Shown one piece after another: positions 37,047 to 49,711 of a stretch of 64,000 nucleotides of DNA (within the stretch, counting starts at the first letter, position 1; the number at the start of each line of letters is the position of its first letter). Made by a program: the position numbers and the translations under genes. The notes beneath the pieces were generated by a model. That model had not been told where the DNA came from and did not search any database. It saw only the letters and a program-made list of their open reading frames with translations. This DNA comes from Chlorokybus atmophyticus (lineage: Eukaryota; Plantae; Mesostigma and Chlorokybus algae). The stretch spans positions 84,911 through 148,910 of the forward strand of contig RHPI01003369.1 in assembly GCA_009103225.1 (NCBI GenBank), written 5' to 3'.

Positions 37047-37098
37047 AATCCAAAAAGATGATAGAACGCAATATAGCGTTCTATCATCTTTTTGGATT
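37047..37098. repeat. perfect 23-bp-arm palindrome with a 6-nt loop
   Basis: AATCCAAAAAGATGATAGAACGC-AATATA-GCGTTCTATCATCTTTTTGGATT. Confidence 0.9.
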
Positions 37099-38094
37099 GT
37101 GTTTACCACACACACTATGTGTTGATTTAATAATGAACACATTGTATCAGAAGTTGACATGACATATTCGAAGTTAATTGTCTCCAATCTTGTATAGTCC
37201 AATCCAAATGCTGTTGTAGTTTGAAAACCTCATGATTTATTCATTTGCTAATTCGTTTAATTATATATTTTTCAATGAAATAACTCCGTCCACGGGTTGT
37301 CCCCCCGGATTGCGCGACACGCCGAAAGACATGTAACATCAGCACTTCAATGATCAAATGGGCTTTACAGCTATGTGCACTACATGCACTATGTGCTTTA
37401 GGCGGGGCGGTAGGATGCAGAAGCAACCATCCAACCAACCGGAGCACACAAGCACAGGCGCAAGGTAAGATTCCTAGCAGAGTGGCGCAGCAGCAACAGC
37501 AACAGCAAGGTGAGGGAGCAGGGCGTGAAGGCGAGAGTGCTGTGCGTTGATGTGCAATTGGCTTGTGGCGCCGGCGTCGTTGCTTATGGCGATAGGTCTT
37601 TGCCAGCGCAGTGTAAGACCCCACGGTGGCGACGCAGCACCGCCACCAGTAAGTTAGCACGGCTGCAGACGTTACAGCGACTCCTTACGGGCATGGATTA
37701 AAGTTAGTAAAGTTAGTGCTTAATAGTCAACTAGTAACTGAGCAAGCTGAGAATGCATGTCTTACATCAAGAGCATTGCAATATCGCACAAGGTAGTTGT
37801 AGGGCAATTTTCAATGTTGCAACAGGTTTGACTTGACGGCCGCAACCTTTTATGCTCCTTACCCTTAAGCACAAAGAACTCTAAGACATTTATATGCATA
37901 ACGCGTGGTGACCTTCAATAAGCAGATAGCCCAAATCGTATCGCAGGGTGAATACAATATGATATTTTATTCACATGCAATTGTTAAGCTGTTTGCGCTT
38001 CCATGCCTAAGTCACACGCAACCTACCGTACACTACACACTACATGCATTTGTTGCCATACGCAAGTAATGCATCTACCTCCCTTCAAAGACCT

Positions 38095-38680
38095 TGTGCC
38101 ATCAGGGTTCAGCCCAGCATCGACGCCACCACCGCTGCTTCTCGCACCATAATCGCCACGGCCTGTGCACGCTGCAGAGCGCAAGCCAGTTGCTGACGAG
38201 CGAGATGCTCGGACCCCTTCAAGCGCTGTTGCTCCGCCCCTCGTACCGTTATGATGTGGCACGTGCACGGGCGCATGATGTGCAAAAGATTCCCGCCCCG
38301 CGTGCCATGCATCTGCATCACCAGCGGGTAGAAGGTGCATGACGCAGGGTAAATGATCACCGTACCTGCGGCGCTTGGCTGCCTCGGTTGCACGCACCGC
38401 TATGCCTGCCCGTTCTCCTCACGCCGTGACGGGCACATTAAGCAACGTATTCGTGTTGTAGCCGGGTTCCGTTGCCACGAAATCAAGATGTTTACCCTAC
38501 ACAAATTCCCTGCGCGGATGGAAATGAAATTCGAATGGTTGCAATGCAGCCAGCCTCCGTCACTAGGGCAAACATGTCGTCACGAATTGCTTCATGAGTG
38601 GCGGTGCATGCTTAGCCCGCAACAGAGCAGGTGCGTGCCTCCAGGCTACAGAGTCGTCCCGCACGCGTAATGTAGCACCC
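38095..38680 (-). mobile_element. decayed RLE-type (CRE-like) non-LTR retrotransposon 3' fragment
   Basis: Across frameshifts: zinc-knuckle remnant CGTTL*PGGTHLLC, HEAIRDDMFALVTEAG, RVNILI, RATEAAKRRRYG (E..K...Y), FYPLVMQMHG, RQQLACALQRAQAVAI. Confidence 0.6.
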
Positions 38681-39885
38681 GGGCAGTAGTGGATGCGGCA
38701 AGTTTAAATTTGTGCGCAACGATTGCGGAACGGTGTCACTAGACAATTACATCGCTGGCGTGAAAGATACTCCGCTGAGGCGAACGCGTGCTCATGAACA
38801 CGCCGCCGACAACTTGCGTACCTTGTCTTCCATTGGTTTCTCCCGTTAAACCACTCACGTTGCAACAACAACAACAACAAGGCAATACATGTTTCAGTTT
38901 TGGATGTTGACAATTGCAGCACGTGTCGTCGGTTCTACAACGCGACACAAATATTACCTCATGTACTTGGCTCATATCTCTCGAATAAATGTATATGCTG
39001 TGTGCACAAGCCACACATGGAGCCACGACGCGCAGGGAGCATCCATGCATGCCGTACATGCATGCGTACTGACCCAAACCCTAAGACCGAAGTCGATTGT
39101 ACGATGGTGGACGGGCGGGAGGTGGTGGCGGGGATGTGGGCGGAGGAGGGGGAGTCCGTTGGGTCTGCAGCTGCTAACATTGCTGCAAGGATTGAGTGAT
39201 AACCAGCGGCCGTGTTGTAGGTAACTCGGTCTGCATGCATGCATGCATGACTAACAGGGTGGGGTAGTTAGTTAGTTGGTGAAGAGTAAATGGTTGTGCC
39301 CGGTGGTGGTCGGCTTGAGGAATGTGAAGTGTTGATGCATGTGAATGTTGAACATGTAAAATGTTTGTAAAGCATTGTTGCCATGTCAACGAGTGTCTTA
39401 GATCTTTACACACTTGCTTGCTACTTGTCCATATCAATGCAAAGGGTCATATGCTCTTTTTGCCGTTTTCCCGTTTGCATTGCTTCAGGCGGTTTGGTGA
39501 TTGTGAGAAGCGACGCACAAGACCTGCCAAGCAGTGGAACCATACACATCACGTTTACTACAACACAAGTGTACAAAAGGGGTGTGCTACTATGCCTGTG
39601 TTTATGTCTGCAACACATGCTGGCACAGCAGCATACCCCTTCCATACACTATAGATATCCCATGCTGTGACACCTTCACAAGCAGCAAACTTCTCAGCAA
39701 CCGCCAACTGCGTTCGACAAACTCAAGGGCAGATAACACAAGCTGCGGCTCACATATAAACAAACAACTAATCAAACCCTTCAGGTTGGCTGATCAAGCA
39801 CAGTGCAGTCTGCTATAGTGAGCTGCATAAAGGGTTGCCATGAAACAATACTAGGCATTACAGTACAAAAAGGCGTCGGAGGCCA

Positions 39886-42800
39886 TCAGCCGCTGATCTC
39901 CTCATAGACAATCGGCTTGCATTCGCTGTCAGGAATGAGATCGCATGGGAAGACATCCCTAGGCTCTGGATACAACAGCTGGGTCTTACCCTGTCATAGT
40001 GACGATATAAGGAAAATGTTAGAGAGCGCCTGCACCACACCCCAACGGATGACAACCCGAGAACAGTAACAGGCAACAGGCAGATGTCCCACCTGCAAAT
40101 AGCGGTTGAGCACTGTGGTTGTTGAGAAGTTGAACCCCTCAACCTTTTGGTTGCGCGTGCGCGAGGCATTCATCTGTTTTCGCACTTTGGAGGCCAAGAT
40201 CTGCGGTTGCCAACACAATGAGGACGTGCAATCAGCCCGCTCATTGATCACTGATGCATGGCTAATGGCACGCACCTTGCCCAGCTCAACTCCCCACTGG
40301 TCAAAGCTGTTGATGCCCCAGATGAACCCTTGCGTGGCAATGCGGTTCTCGTAAATGGACAGCAGCTGGCCGGTGGTGTATGGGTCGAGGGAAGGCAGCA
40401 GCAGGGAATGGGAAGGACGGTTGCCGCTGAAGGTCTTGTGCGGGATGAGGTAGTCGGGCACGCCCTCGGCACGCAACTCATTGGGAGTCTTGCCGTACGC
40501 CAGTGCATCCGCTTGCGCAAAGAAGTTGCACATGAGCTCATCGTGGTTGGACACGACCTCGCCCTTGAGGTACACACTCTGTTGGCTCTTGATAATGCCG
40601 ATAAAGTCACAAGGGACCACGCGACCTTGATGAATGAGCTGATAGAAGGAGTGCTGTCCGTTCGTGCCCGGCTCACCAAAGTCCAACTCTCCAGCGTCAA
40701 ATGGCAACGGCCGACCATCAATGTCGACACCCTTGCCATTGCTTTCCATGCTCACCTGCCAACATACACAACTCAACACATTCTGCTGTGGTCAACACCA
40801 CAAACCAACAAGCAAAGCGGACAGTCTTTCCGACATTCTACATTGGAAAGACTGCACCATTAATGGTAAAACAAAAATGACCACAATGCAAGCCTACCTG
40901 CTGGATGTGGGATGGCAGCTTTGCGAGTGCTTGGCAGTAGGGAAGGATGGCGCTGGCCGGGCAACCCAGGAACGAGGTGTTCCAGACGCTCAACAGGCCG
41001 AGCAGCACCGGGATGTTCTGTTCAAACGGGGCCGTGCGGAAGTGCGTGTCGATGCTCCACGCTCCCTCCAAGAAGCGGAGCATGTTGTCAAAACCGTACT
41101 GCAGCGACAGAGGAAGCATGCCCACGGCACTGCAAACTGCCATCCAACAGAAGTCAGCATGCAACTCTGCCCCGCGCGCGTGCATGCAAGTGCTCAACGC
41201 ATTTACTCACCACTGTAGCGACCGCCAACCCAGTCCCAGAATGCAAAGGCGTTCTGAGGGTCAATGCCAAACTCCTTGACAAGCTTGAGGTTGGTGCTGA
41301 CTGCGACCATGTGCTTGGACACGGAGTCCGGGCCAAGGGCGGAGACGATCCACTGGCGCACCGTGCGAGCGTTCAGCATGGTCTCGGCCGTGGTGAACGT
41401 CTTGGACACAACGACCACAAGCGTGGTCTCTTGCTCTAGTCCGTTCAGCTCCCGCGCCACATCGATTGGGTCCACATTGGACAGGAAGCGCAGCTTGCGT
41501 CCGGAAGCATCCAAGGCAGTCCCGGGCTCTGCGCACAACAACATAGCCAATCAAACAACTCCTTGCGCGACTCTTTCACTTTGTCGCTTGATCCATGCAC
41601 ACCATGCACACACACACTATCTGACCAGTGCGAAGAGCCGTATGCACGAAGAGAGGTCCAAGGTAGGAGCCTCCAATACCAATGGCCACCACATCCTTGA
41701 GTGGCTTGCCAGTTGCACCCACCCATTCACCGCTGCGAACTCTCTCGCTGAAATCCTTGATCTTGTCAAGCACTTCCCACACGTCCGGCACAACATTCTT
41801 GCCATCGGCGGTGATAACCTGACAATAGCAAGTGCACAACACAATGTACAACGGTAAGTTCAAGCAATGCGCATGTGTTCACTACGAGCGGGTTTCATGG
41901 TTGCGCACCTCATCGCGGGGTGCGCGCAGGGCAACATGCAGGACAGCGCGGTCCTCAGTCTTGTTGATGTGCTCACCGGCGAACATGGCATCAATCTTCT
42001 TCTTCAGCTCCGCTTCTTTGGCCAGGTTCAGAAGCAGCTGCATTGTCTCCTTCGTTGCGCGTTGGCGGGTAAAGTCAAGGAACACATCGTCGAACTCTCT
42101 ATACCAAAACCCCTTTAGCATCAAGCACAAAAAGTCAAGCTGAGCAAGATTTCAGTGAGACATGCACTTGCTTACGTCATCATCTCCTTGCATCTGCTGA
42201 CATCGCTGAGCAGGTCACGCAGATGAGTATCTTCAATGTCCTTGACGTGGTCCTGCACACCAGCGCGTTCACATAAACTCAATCGACATTTAGCATTCTC
42301 CGTTGCTTACCACTTCCACTTGGCTTCCACAAGAAACACACGATTGTTTGCTGATTCCAGCTATGGTCTCACCTGCAGCGCTTGCCATGCAGGTGACTCG
42401 CTGATCATTTTGCCTGCTTTGACGGACAGCGACAACGCCTGCAATACACAAAGACATCATGCATTGCGCAAAGCATGCATGCGGCAAACGCCATCAGATA
42501 TTGCTGACATGACAACGCTCAGCGCTGAGATGTGATCGCCTTACCGAGGCAGAAACCTGAAGGAGTTGTGTCTTCCTCTGCACTGACTGCCTCCTGTAAC
42601 ACATGCATGCCATATTCAGACACACTCCTCACACACATTGTGCATTCACACTGCCTGCTTTTGAACTTTGACATGCGTATTCATGTTAGCATACTCATAT
42701 TCAACCAAGAAGAATACAAGCACGGGATCCATGCTGCGTCGCTGTGCGCACGGTGCATTGTGCACACTTGCAAGACTTCAGTATGCATATCCACTGCATT

Positions 42801-43005
42801 GAACCTTGTTTGAGGATAGGTACAGGACAAAAGCAAACATGTACCTAGAGACAGTTAGCGGGCTGCCGGCGAGGAAGGCGGGCCTGAAGGCTGGAGCAGC
42901 GCTGCTGCCCTTAGCGGTGCTGTTGGTAGCAACGGCCTGAACAGGGGAGAGCCGCTGATGTGTGAACGCTTGCACCCCAACAGCCCTTACGGCCGCCCCT
43001 GACAT
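39886..43005 (-). CDS. PGI: glucose-6-phosphate isomerase, plant cytosolic (PgiC) type with N-terminal transit-peptide-like extension; 11 exons, 661 aa
   Basis: Exons 43005-42845, 42593-42545, 42438-42373, 42252-42176, 42098-41909, 41818-41626, 41528-41211, 41136-40898, 40755-40276, 40200-40093, 39990-39886 (1986 nt, in frame). Motifs [64 protein letters not shown]. Confidence 0.95.
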
Positions 43006-43659
43006 TATACGCCCAACCCCAAGCTGGACCGTGCCAACCCTGCCGCCCACGCCGTCCACCTCACCAGCGACGCCGACAGCTGGCAGGCTGCAGATCCGCT
43101 CAAACCCAAACCGCGGTTTGAACTACAGCTCAAAACACTCAAAAGCAACACGCTCAACCTGGCGTATGGGTCAAAGCTGACTGCTTTGCCAGAAGACTGC
43201 TCGTGAAGTAACCGCAAAACCAATTGATCATGGTTCGATAGCGGTCAATGTGACTGAGGTGGAATCTCTGGTCACACTTCGCGGGAAGAGATAAGGGGTT
43301 GAGAAGAATGCCCGGGCGCGGCTTGCCTGCTGATTACTGCAGCGCGCGACACCGCTCCAACAGTATGGCCTGCGTCCGCCGACAGAGTCGACGGTCGGTG
43401 CACGCCACAAACCCTGTCGACGCAAACCGTTGGCGCGAGGAGCTCAAAGCCCGCCAAATTTCAATTCAAACTCGTGGCCAGAAACAAGTCTGTGTTGGTA
43501 CTGCTCCCGATTCCACTTCAGTGCCTTTTGGGACCTGCAAGGTCCTGGTTGAAACTTTATGGCGGACAAACATTCAGTTCCAAGGCGCTCAAGTCTGGTC
43601 CCGGGCGGTAATGTCCCTTTTTGGGACTCGTTGGCGCCGCCGCCAAAAAGTTTGAGGCG

Positions 43660-43694
43660 AAACCCTAAAAGGTTCATGAGAGGTTAGCGCGAAA
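43660..43694. promoter_or_regulatory. telo-box and E2F site in the divergent PGI/RNR1 promoter
   Basis: AAACCCTAA at 43660-43668; GCGCGAAA (TTTCGCGC on the minus strand) at 43687-43694. E2F control of plant RNR genes is established. Confidence 0.55.
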
Positions 43695-44220
43695 AGTGCA
43701 ATTGATGATGCACGCTGCAGAGTGGTAGGTGAAAGCGCAGGCGGGCATTTATTTGCCCCTGAAGAAATTTGAGCAAATTTTGAAGTAGATAACAGCGCAT
43801 GACAGCCCAGAGACGTTAACTAGACGGCGGCGGCGGCGGCAGTGGCGGCAGCGGCGGCGGCTGTGGTGTTGAAGGTGCAGGCGGCGGTGTTAGCGTTTGC
43901 AAGTATAGACTGTTGTTAGGGCTGTCTTGTGGGCTTGCCGGAGCTGTTGAAAGCGTCTCCGCCGTGTGTCCACCCCTCCTTACGGCTAGCCTGGGTGCGT
44001 ACGTGGTTGTGAATGAATTGGGCGTAGGCATGCTTGTGGTTGCGCTCTGCTTGCTCAGCGCTTGTGTGCATGTTTGTGTGTTGCAAGCTGTATTGACAAG
44101 AGGTTTCTGGTGATTTTGGCATTGCTAACATGTGCAATGCACTTTGCAGGACTGCTGTAATTATCGTGCGCACACAGCCAGCGACGCCAAGCTGCACGCA
44201 CACACAGCCAGCTAGCATCC

Positions 44221-47200
44221 ATGTATGTCATAAAGAGAGACGGGCGGCGGGAGGTTGTGCACTTCGACAAGATCACAGCACGCATCAAGAAGCTGTCGTA
44301 TGGCCTCTCGGATGAGTACTGCGAGCCTGTCTTGGTCGCCCAAAAGGTACTTAATGTCACTTGCCGCCTTGCCAATTGCTTCCAGTGGTTGAGTTAAATG
44401 CATTGCTTGTTTGTCGTTCGCTCACCTGTTGCTACTCAGGTTACAGCTGGTGTGTACAAGGGCGTCACAACCACAGAGCTTGATGAGCTTGCTGCAGAGA
44501 CAGCTGCCTCCATGACAGCAAAGCATCCACACTACGCACTAGTAAGCCTGCTTGTATGACAAGACACGCTGCTCATTTGTGTCGTGGAACGCGCTGACTT
44601 ATGCGACTCCTGCTGTGCAGTTGGCTGCGCGCATTGCGGTGTCAAACTTGCACAAGAACACCAAGAAGTCGTTCTCAGAGACGGTCAAGCTCATGTACCA
44701 TCACGTTAACGAGCGTTCAGGCCTCAAGGCTCCCTTGATCGCAGATGACGTGTTTGAGATCATTATGAAGGTGGGCAGAGCACTGCTTACGCTCAGCTGA
44801 ACCACACAGCTGCTTGAACTCAAGTGAACGCATGTTGGGTTGCAAGTGTTCTAACGATCTTCTCTGGTTCATTATCAGAATGCGGAGCGTCTGGACAGCG
44901 AGGTCATCTATGATCGTGACTTTGACTATGACTACTTTGGCTTCAAGACTCTCGAGCGCTCTTACCTGCTGAAGGTGCGCTGCTGGCCTAGTCGTGGGCA
45001 TGTGTGTGCCTTATTGCATTGGAATTCGGAACCAACCGCTTTAATGTTCAGGTGAATGGCAAAGTGGTAGAGAGGCCGCAGCACATGCTCATGCGCGTGT
45101 CTGTCGGCATCCACAAGACAGATGTGGAGGCCGCCGTGCAGACATACCATCTGATGAGCGAGCGATGGTTCACGCACGCTTCTCCCACGCTGTTCAATTC
45201 TGGAACCCCTCGCCCTCAGGTATGCTGACAACTATCTCATCTGAACCCTGCTCACGTGTGGACTTGTGGCAGTGTTGTTCATGTGCTCATGTGTTGATGT
45301 GATGCAGCTGTCAAGCTGCTTCTTGGTGTGCATGCGCAACGACAGCATTGAGGGCATCTATGACACACTGAAGCAGTGCGCGGTGATCAGCAAGTCGGCC
45401 GGTGGCATTGGCTTGTCAATCCACAACATCCGCGCCACGGGATCGTACATCCGCGGCACCAACGGCACGTCCAACGGTATTGTCCCGATGCTGCGCGTCT
45501 TCAATGACACCGCCCGCTATGTCGACCAGGGCGGTGGCAAGCGAAAGGGCGCCTTTGCTATATACTTGGAGCCCTGGCATGCTGACATATTCGACTTCTT
45601 GGAGCTAAGAAAGAACCATGGCAAGGTACGCACACATGCATGCACACATATACGCATACGTGTGCACTCTCACTCGTGCTGAGCATTGGATTACATCTCT
45701 CATGCATTTGCTGAACTCTGTGTGTACTATACTATGCAGGAAGAGCAGCGAGCGCGGGACCTCTTCTATGGCATGTGGATACCCGACCTGTTCATGCGCC
45801 GCGTGGAGCAGAACTCTACGTGGGCGCTGATGTGCCCGAACGAGTGCCCTGGCCTGGCGGACTGCTGGGGTGCAGAGTTTGAGGCGCTGTACCAGAGCTA
45901 CGAGAATGCCGGCAAGGGCAAGCGCGTCATCAAGGCTCAAGAGCTGTGGTTTAAGATCCTCGAGTCACAGGCATGTGTGCTGAGAGTCTGCGCGTTATGT
46001 GCATGGTATATCTAATGGTTGCTGCTGTGCGTCAACGCTGATACATATGTTGTGCTGTGCAGATTGAGACGGGTGTTCCTTACATGCTGTACAAAGACAC
46101 GTGCAACGGCAAGAGCAACCAGCGCAATCTGGGTACAATCAAGTGCTCCAATCTTTGTACAGGTACAGCGCAAAATATCCAGTATATATGTTGATTGCAC
46201 TTGACATGCCATCCGTTGTATTGACCTTGACTTACTATCTGTGTATCCATTGTGCTCATCTGCAGAGATTGTCGAGTACACAGCACCGGATGAAACAGCC
46301 GTCTGCAATCTGGCCAGCTTGGCGTTGCCACGCTTTGTGATGGACTCAAACGCCCTGTCGCAGCCAAAGAAGCTTGTCGGCTCAAGTGGTGCTGCAAACC
46401 GCTTCTTTGACTTCAACAAGCTCGCTGAGGTGCGTTTAGACTGTGGATGTCAATGCGCGTGCATGTTTGATGCAGTGGATAGGTCCGGTCACAGGCGATG
46501 ATTACAACAGAATAGGGACATCTGTATCCGTTATGGATGTGAAGAACAATCGTCCTGGGAATCTCTATGAGCCTGTTCCCACTCTATTGCTGCTTTCTAT
46601 CACATGTATGTAGTGCACACAAGTGGTAGTGTGTGCTTGATTGCTCACAAGTTTTGTGTCACAGGTGACCAAAGTTGTGACCCGCAACCTCAACCGCATC
46701 ATCGATGTCAACTTCTACCCCGCTGAGGAGGCGCGCAACTCCAACATGCGCCACCGCCCTATTGGCATTGGCGTACAGGGCCTAGCCGATGCTTTTATCC
46801 TGCTTGGACTGCCCTTTGACTGTGAGCAGGTACAATTGTTTTCTCTACTCTGGCTTTGAACTTGCAGTCGTGCATGGTCGCAATTGTAACACGGCCTCAT
46901 CCTTGTTGTGATGATGCGCAGGCCCAGGAGCTCAACAGAGACATCTTTGAAACCATTTACCACGCCGCTCTGTCGGCATCATGCGAGTTGGCAGAGGTTG
47001 AAGGGCCATATGAGACATATGCTGGCAGCCCGGTATGTATGATTGTGATATCGTGCAAGGGTTTTCACATTGCGTGCTTGTTGCTTATGCATCTGTCCGT
47101 TGCAGCTCTCGGAAGGCACGCTGCAGTTTGATATGTGGCCAGAGTGCGCACCGCTCTCCGGCCGCTGGGATTGGGCCAAGCTCAGGGCGAAGATTGCAAA

Positions 47201-48188
47201 TACTGGTGTGAGGAACTCGCTGTTGGTCGCACCAATGCCCACCGCTTCAACTTCACAAGTACGCATGTCTGTTTGAGCAACATTTGCCTTTGAGTCGTGG
47301 TGACCCCATGTGAGTTTTTTACTGACCGTTGGTATTGCAGATTCTTGGCAACAATGAGTGCTTTGAGCCCTATACGTCGAACATATACGCGCGGCGCGTG
47401 CTGAGGTATGCGTGGTTTGCTGCGTGATGCTATGTTGAGCACAGAAAACAGTCGTGCTCATTTGGTTTGTCTGCAGTGGCGAGTTCACCGTGGTGAACCA
47501 GCACCTCCTCTCCGACCTCACTGAGTTGAGTCTGTGGGACTCGAGTCTCAAAAACACGCTGATTGCGCACAACGGCAGCGTGCAGCAGCTACCCATCCCT
47601 GATAAACTCAAGGCCATATACAAGTAAGCATGTTGTTTACTGAACATCATCATAGTGTAGTCGTGGTGTGCATGCGATGTGTTCCCAACGGCAGTATGAC
47701 AGGGGTGACTAATCATGTTTGATGTTCAGAACTGTGTGGGAGATAAAGCAGAGGACTCTGGTCGACATGGCGGCGGACCGGGGTGCATTTATTGATCAGT
47801 CGCAGTCGTTCAACGTGCACATGAGCGACCCGAACTATGGGAAGCTTACGTCGTTGCACTTTTACGGCTGGAAGAAGGGCCTCAAGACAGGCATGTACTA
47901 CCTCCGCACGCGCGCAGCTGCCGACGCCATCAAGTTCACTGTCGATGCGTCACAACTCAAGGTAAAAAGCACAACTTGTCTATGTGTGCCAAGGCAGCAG
48001 TCTTGACATGTAATGTGAATGTTCTGTTAACTTGTGTTTGGTGACGTTGGCAGGCGTCTGAGGCATTGGCAGCAAAGCAGGTGCTGCAACAGCAGCAACA
48101 GCACTCAGAAGCCGAGCGCGAGGCGCAGATGGCTGCTATGGTGTGCTCATTGGAAAACAAGGACGCGTGCTTGTCTTGCGGCAGTTAG
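44221..48188 (+). CDS. RNR1: ribonucleoside-diphosphate reductase large subunit (class Ia), 16 exons, 820 aa
   Basis: ATP cone [49 protein letters not shown]-terminal CLSCGS. Exon lengths sum to 2463 nt; one GC-AG intron at 45971. Confidence 0.97.
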
Positions 48189-49367
48189 CGCCAGCATTGG
48201 CACAACAGCACACAAAGTCCTGTCACAGCACACAGACGCACAGGCGGCGGCTGTGGCGAGAACGGTTAGATGCAATACAATGCGATCAAGGGTGGCATTG
48301 ACTGTTGTCAATGCTACCCTTGCAAATTAGGTAGTTTCTCTAGCCTGGGCGATAGGTCCAGCTATGTACATGACATATTCATGCCTGCATTAGGCAGATT
48401 GCTGTTTTATAATGTAAAGGTTTTCCATTTCCACTGGTTTTGTGTTGTGTGCATGTTTGTGGCGAACAATTTCAAAACTCTTATGCAAACACCATTAGAC
48501 ACATTCGCATCCCAGATTGTAAGCGATAATCGTCTGCCCGGTCACATGCTTCCTGTATTCTGGACATCGCCACTGCGCACTAAACTGCACGCAATGCAAA
48601 CTCTGCATCATGTCTGCATGGCCATTACATACTGCATTTTTCACAAACAATGCTGGTTAGTCTGTACAACCTTGTCAGCGGTTTTCCAAGAAAATGCCAG
48701 CAATCATGGCCAACGACATATGTGTGGTCCTTTAACTGCTTGTTTTCCTGGTGCTGCTCCTTGGTGTTGCTACAACATGATGAGAACACCATCCTGTTAT
48801 TGCATTGTCGTGACAACCGTCGCGCAGTCCATATAGAGAATACACACGATGCATTTGCACTCCTTGCTGATATGTGCAGTTGCTGCTGCCGAACGCGCCA
48901 GGCGAACTCATATGAAAACGAAGCACAAGAAGCAGGCATGAGCGGCTTCTGCTAATCAATGCATGCTCAATCCTTGATGTACATGACTCCAGGCCGGACC
49001 TAACTGCAACTCGGCAGCATTACGCTTACTGTATGCGCATGTCACATGACTGCAGCACACCAACGACCAAGGCCAACATGCGCAAGCAAGTGGACATACG
49101 CATGTTCCCAAATCTTACAACAATTGACTCCTCTTGCAAAGCCAAAGCAAAAATGCAAGTACCAGACAACTCTAGCCTTCACTTGAGGCCTGGCGCAACT
49201 GCTTGAACTACACACTGCGTGTTGTGTCAACTCAACAACAAAGACCAACCACACGGACACTTCTTGTTCAACATCTTATTGAACTCGAATCACCACGTTA
49301 CCACTACAAACTAACCTACACTAACCTACAATTTGTACAAGGGCAGCCTGATGGCCTTTGAGTCCAG

Positions 49368-49677
49368 TCATTGCACACCGTCGCGAAATGCATCTGACTC
49401 TGCATCACTGAAAGCGAGTCCTTCAATTGTCATCGGCCCAATGTTCACTGCAAAACAGGAGGAGCCCACAATAAGAAACAAACGAGGATGGCAGACTAGA
49501 GGATCATTGATGGATGCAAAGGCTTTGCTTTAGTAACAACTTCTGCTACGCGCCTGTGTGTGTTGAGTGTATGCAGCACGTGATGCAAACAGACGCACCA
49601 CAAGCTCACGCAAAAGATGTTTTCGCAAGTACCAACAGCAACAAAAGGGGCACATGATGGCCGCATGTATACTCCTT

Positions 49678-49711
<34 letters not shown>

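Larger units (their letters stand above)
35528..37323. mobile_element. putative non-autonomous TIR element, 1.8 kb
   Basis: 40-bp inverted repeats at 35528-35567 and 37284-37323, 34/40 identical, all six differences transitions. No clear TSD and no coding capacity. Confidence 0.5.
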
